Shown here piece after piece: positions 61,457-64,000 of a stretch of 64,000 bases of DNA; the stretch's first letter is position 1; each line of letters starts with the position of its first letter. A program made the translations under genes and the position numbers. A model generated the notes under the pieces. The model did not search any database, was not told the DNA's origin, and was given only the letters and a program-made list of their open reading frames with translations. The stretch is taken from positions 18,462-82,461 of the forward strand of contig JBGTBM010000008.1 of assembly GCA_041749335.1 (NCBI GenBank), in the 5' to 3' direction. Origin of the DNA: Patescibacteria group bacterium (GTDB lineage: Bacteria; Patescibacteriota; JABMPQ01).

Positions 61457-61699
61457 TATTTTTTAGTTAATTAATTTTTTTTAATAAGATCTGGTTGGTA
61501 AGTCGACCGCGAGATTACCAAATGCTAAAAAAGAGTAATTTCTTTTTTATTAGATAATTATAGCACAAATAAGCTATTTTAAAAAGATATTTATCCACAA
61601 AGTGCTTTTTCTTGTTTTTTTATTATTTTACCCTTCGAAAAATTGGGGATTAAATTATGCCTAGCCTTCGACTGCAATCAGAAAATATTTCTTACGCAT

Positions 61700-61876
61700 T
61701 CCTCCTCCCCTCAGATGAGCCTGTCCGCCTTTGGAGGAGGGAGGTGTTCCGATGCATATCGGAACAGAGGGGTGCTGAAAAATCTACGCTACCTTTTTTA
61801 ATTTTTTTCCAAGAAAAATAAACTTATTAATCTAAAAATGACAGGTTAAAAATTTGCCGTACTTTCTTCCTTCTCC
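61700..61876. repeat. Repeat family B, copy 3 (with a 19-nt insertion at 61720-61738)
   Basis: Aligns with 16437-16595 and 18328-18487. Confidence 0.88.
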
Positions 61877-62017
61877 AAAAATTAAACAAGCGTGGATTTT
61901 TTATTTGCGTAAAGACAATTCACGAATTGTCTCTACAAAAAAACACCCCGCCGATAGCGAAGTGTTTTGGAATCTGTTTAACTTGCCTGCCTTGGGCAGG
62001 TCTGCGTAATCATTGCT

Positions 62018-64000
62018 CTATTTCTTTCTACTTTTTGCTCTGGTTTTTCTTGTTCGTACGGTTTTAACCGCTTTTTTGCTTCCGGAAGCCTTAGTCTTAG
62101 CCTTAACTGATTTCACTCCCCTTTTCCTTAATACCGCCGCAATGGTAATCACCGCGCCCATGGACATCAAAGCGATAATAACCTTCCAGATGATATTGGT
62201 AGGAAGTTCGGGAACAGTCGGACCTTCGTCCTGCTCGTTTAGCTGCTCGGGAACAGTCTCGCCTTCGGACATCGCAAAAAAATCGTCAGTTGTGGTGCCT
62301 TCCACTCCCCAAGTATAGGTTTCAACATCCAAGCTGCTTAGGCTGACCGTCGGACTAATAATATCTCCGGTTTGAATAACGGTTTTAGTGCTTGCGCCGG
62401 TTGCTTGAGTAATTTCCTGCCTGACTAGGCTGGTACCATCATAATAAACCGCAACCGCCTTGGTATCATCAGCTAACTCCACGGCGGAAATATCGGTAGT
62501 ATTAGCAAGTGTTTCCAGAGTTGTGGCCGTATAAGCGCTGCCATTATAGGTAGCTGACTTTACCGCCAAAGCATTGGTTTGATAAACCACCTCAAGAGCG
62601 GAATTTCTGACACCGGCCGCTTCAATATCAATGGTAGCGGCATCCATGGCTTCAATGGTAACGGGCGTAATTGCAGCGCTGCCAGCCGCCGCGAAAGATC
62701 CGGTTTTTAAATCAAGATCAGAAGAGTCTTGATAAGCAACATAAATATTAGTAGTCCCATCATAAGCTACTGCCAGCGGCGCGTCATAAACCGCGGCATT
62801 GGTTATAGCTGAACTTGTGCTATCGCGATATATGTATCCGGTACTGCCAATCGCATAAAATATAATCGGCTTATCGGAATATGTTTCGCGCGCAAAAGCG
62901 GCATTAAAATTCACATTACTGGCTACGGTAGTATCTGAAATCAAAGCCTCGCCATCCAAATCATAATGCACCACATGGGCTTCTGTTGGAGAAGATGTCT
63001 TGGTATAACCAAAATAAATACGAGTGGAATCCAGCGGATCTTGCACTACACCCGCCCCGCGCATTAAAGCAAGATTAGTTCCCGTCCTAACATTTGGAAT
63101 AGGAGTAACTCCGCCCGGACCTTGCCAATGAATATCAATGCTGGTTCCACTATTAACCGATAAAGCCGCTATATAATTATGGACTGAGTCAATAACCACT
63201 GTTTGAATATTTCCTAAGTTTAAAGTTTGAGTTGTATAAATACCAACTGCTCCATAACACAAACCGGTACTTTGGTTTCTATAAATAGTAACAAATTTGT
63301 CTGCTCCCAAATTAACTACTTTTACAGTATCTATGCTGGTTGAATCAAAAATTTCACTATTTCCCCAAATTATGCCATTCCCACTAATAGTGCCTACTTT
63401 ACTCGTTCCATAACTAGAATTATCGTCATCGGCATATGACGCAATAATAGTATTTGTATTTAATATTCCTGCCGAAGGTTCCGTAGCACCATTAGTCCCA
63501 TTGGAGATTATTGAAGGGTTGCCAAAATTTAATGTATCTGTTCCTAAAACAGAGCCAACTACCGCCAACCCCTTGTTAATAGAACCGTAATAAGGCTGAT
63601 AAGTAACAGCAAAACTAGTGCTTGTTAATTTAACTATTGATGTCCAAGCTGATGCATTCTGATTATCAATTATTTTAGGTAAACCAAAAGAAGTAATTTC
63701 ATTACCTGAAACATTTCCTACGATGGCTGTCGCCTTTTGAGTATTGGTATCGCTATAAGCTATAACAAATTTATCTGAAGACAAAGCAGCTACATCGCTA
63801 TATTCACTACCAGTGACATAATTATTTGATCCTCCAAAGGTAATTCCCGTGCCATCAATTGAACCAACTATGGCTGTTCCATATTGCTCGCTGGAGCCAT
63901 ACCCGTAGGAAATTACAATTTTAGTAGAAAGTAGCGCAGATATATTAACATAAAATGCTCCGTCATCTTCGAAAAATTGAGTAGCAGCACCCCAGCCAGC
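62018..64000 (-). CDS. Surface protein with propeller-like repeats and a PELP C-terminal anchor (paralog 3; 5' end outside window)
   Basis: Frame is open to 64000 (AGWGAATQFFEDD...); ~50-aa repeats of the form (K/S)FVIAY...GTAIVG.ISG..ITFG; C-terminus VPELPTNIIWK + TM + long basic tail. Confidence 0.85.
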   Translation of the reverse strand, partial: AGWGAATQFFEDDGAFYVNISALLSTKIVISYGYGSSEQYGTAIVGSIDGTGITFGGSNNYVTGSEYSDVAALSSDKFVIAYSDTNTQKATAIVGNVSGNEITSFGLPKIIDNQNASAWTSIVKLTSTSFAVTYQPYYGSINKGLAVVGSVLGTDTLNFGNPSIISNGTNGATEPSAGILNTNTIIASYADDDNSSYGTSKVGTISGNGIIWGNSEIFDSTSIDTVKVVNLGADKFVTIYRNQSTGLCYGAVGIYTTQTLNLGNIQTVVIDSVHNYIAALSVNSGTSIDIHWQGPGGVTPIPNVRTGTNLALMRGAGVVQDPLDSTRIYFGYTKTSSPTEAHVVHYDLDGEALISDTTVASNVNFNAAFARETYSDKPIIFYAIGSTGYIYRDSTSSAITNAAVYDAPLAVAYDGTTNIYVAYQDSSDLDLKTGSFAAAGSAAITPVTIEAMDAATIDIEAAGVRNSALEVVYQTNALAVKSATYNGSAYTATTLETLANTTDISAVELADDTKAVAVYYDGTSLVRQEITQATGASTKTVIQTGDIISPTVSLSSLDVETYTWGVEGTTTDDFFAMSEGETVPEQLNEQDEGPTVPELPTNIIWKVIIALMSMGAVITIAAVLRKRGVKSVKAKTKASGSKKAVKTVRTRKTRAKSRKK

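Overview
AT-rich bacterial chromosome segment using genetic code 11, with most genes on the minus strand. Gene content and style (mostly SD-less core genes, alpha2-type GlyRS, IleRS2, FG-GAP-tailed secreted proteins, a long tmRNA tag) suggest a Patescibacteria/CPR genome; this is an inference. The core region holds der (partial), pth, mfd, leuS, tatD, metG, rsmI, glyQS, tgt, lemA, recO, ileS, argS, smpB with tmRNA, and infC-rpmI-rplT. The accessory region holds a Ser/Thr kinase, class II HMG-CoA reductase, a secreted metallopeptidase and glycoside hydrolase, two ECF sigma/anti-sigma pairs and a heliorhodopsin. Highlights: (1) three surface proteins share a 'PELPxN-W-K + TM + basic tail' sorting-like C-terminus; two have an identical signal peptide but unrelated passengers, one has a poly-G tract in its promoter spacer, both visible promoters carry a DnaA box, and all sit among shared mosaic palindromic repeats; (2) a 19-nt CCTG+hairpin element shows empty and filled sites; (3) a GIY-YIG gene is bracketed by inverted CGTC-type palindromes; (4) an intact-looking serine hydrolase domain is inserted in LeuRS; (5) boxA-like motifs lie in leaders of accessory genes. 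All calls come from reading the sequence; no database searches were run.
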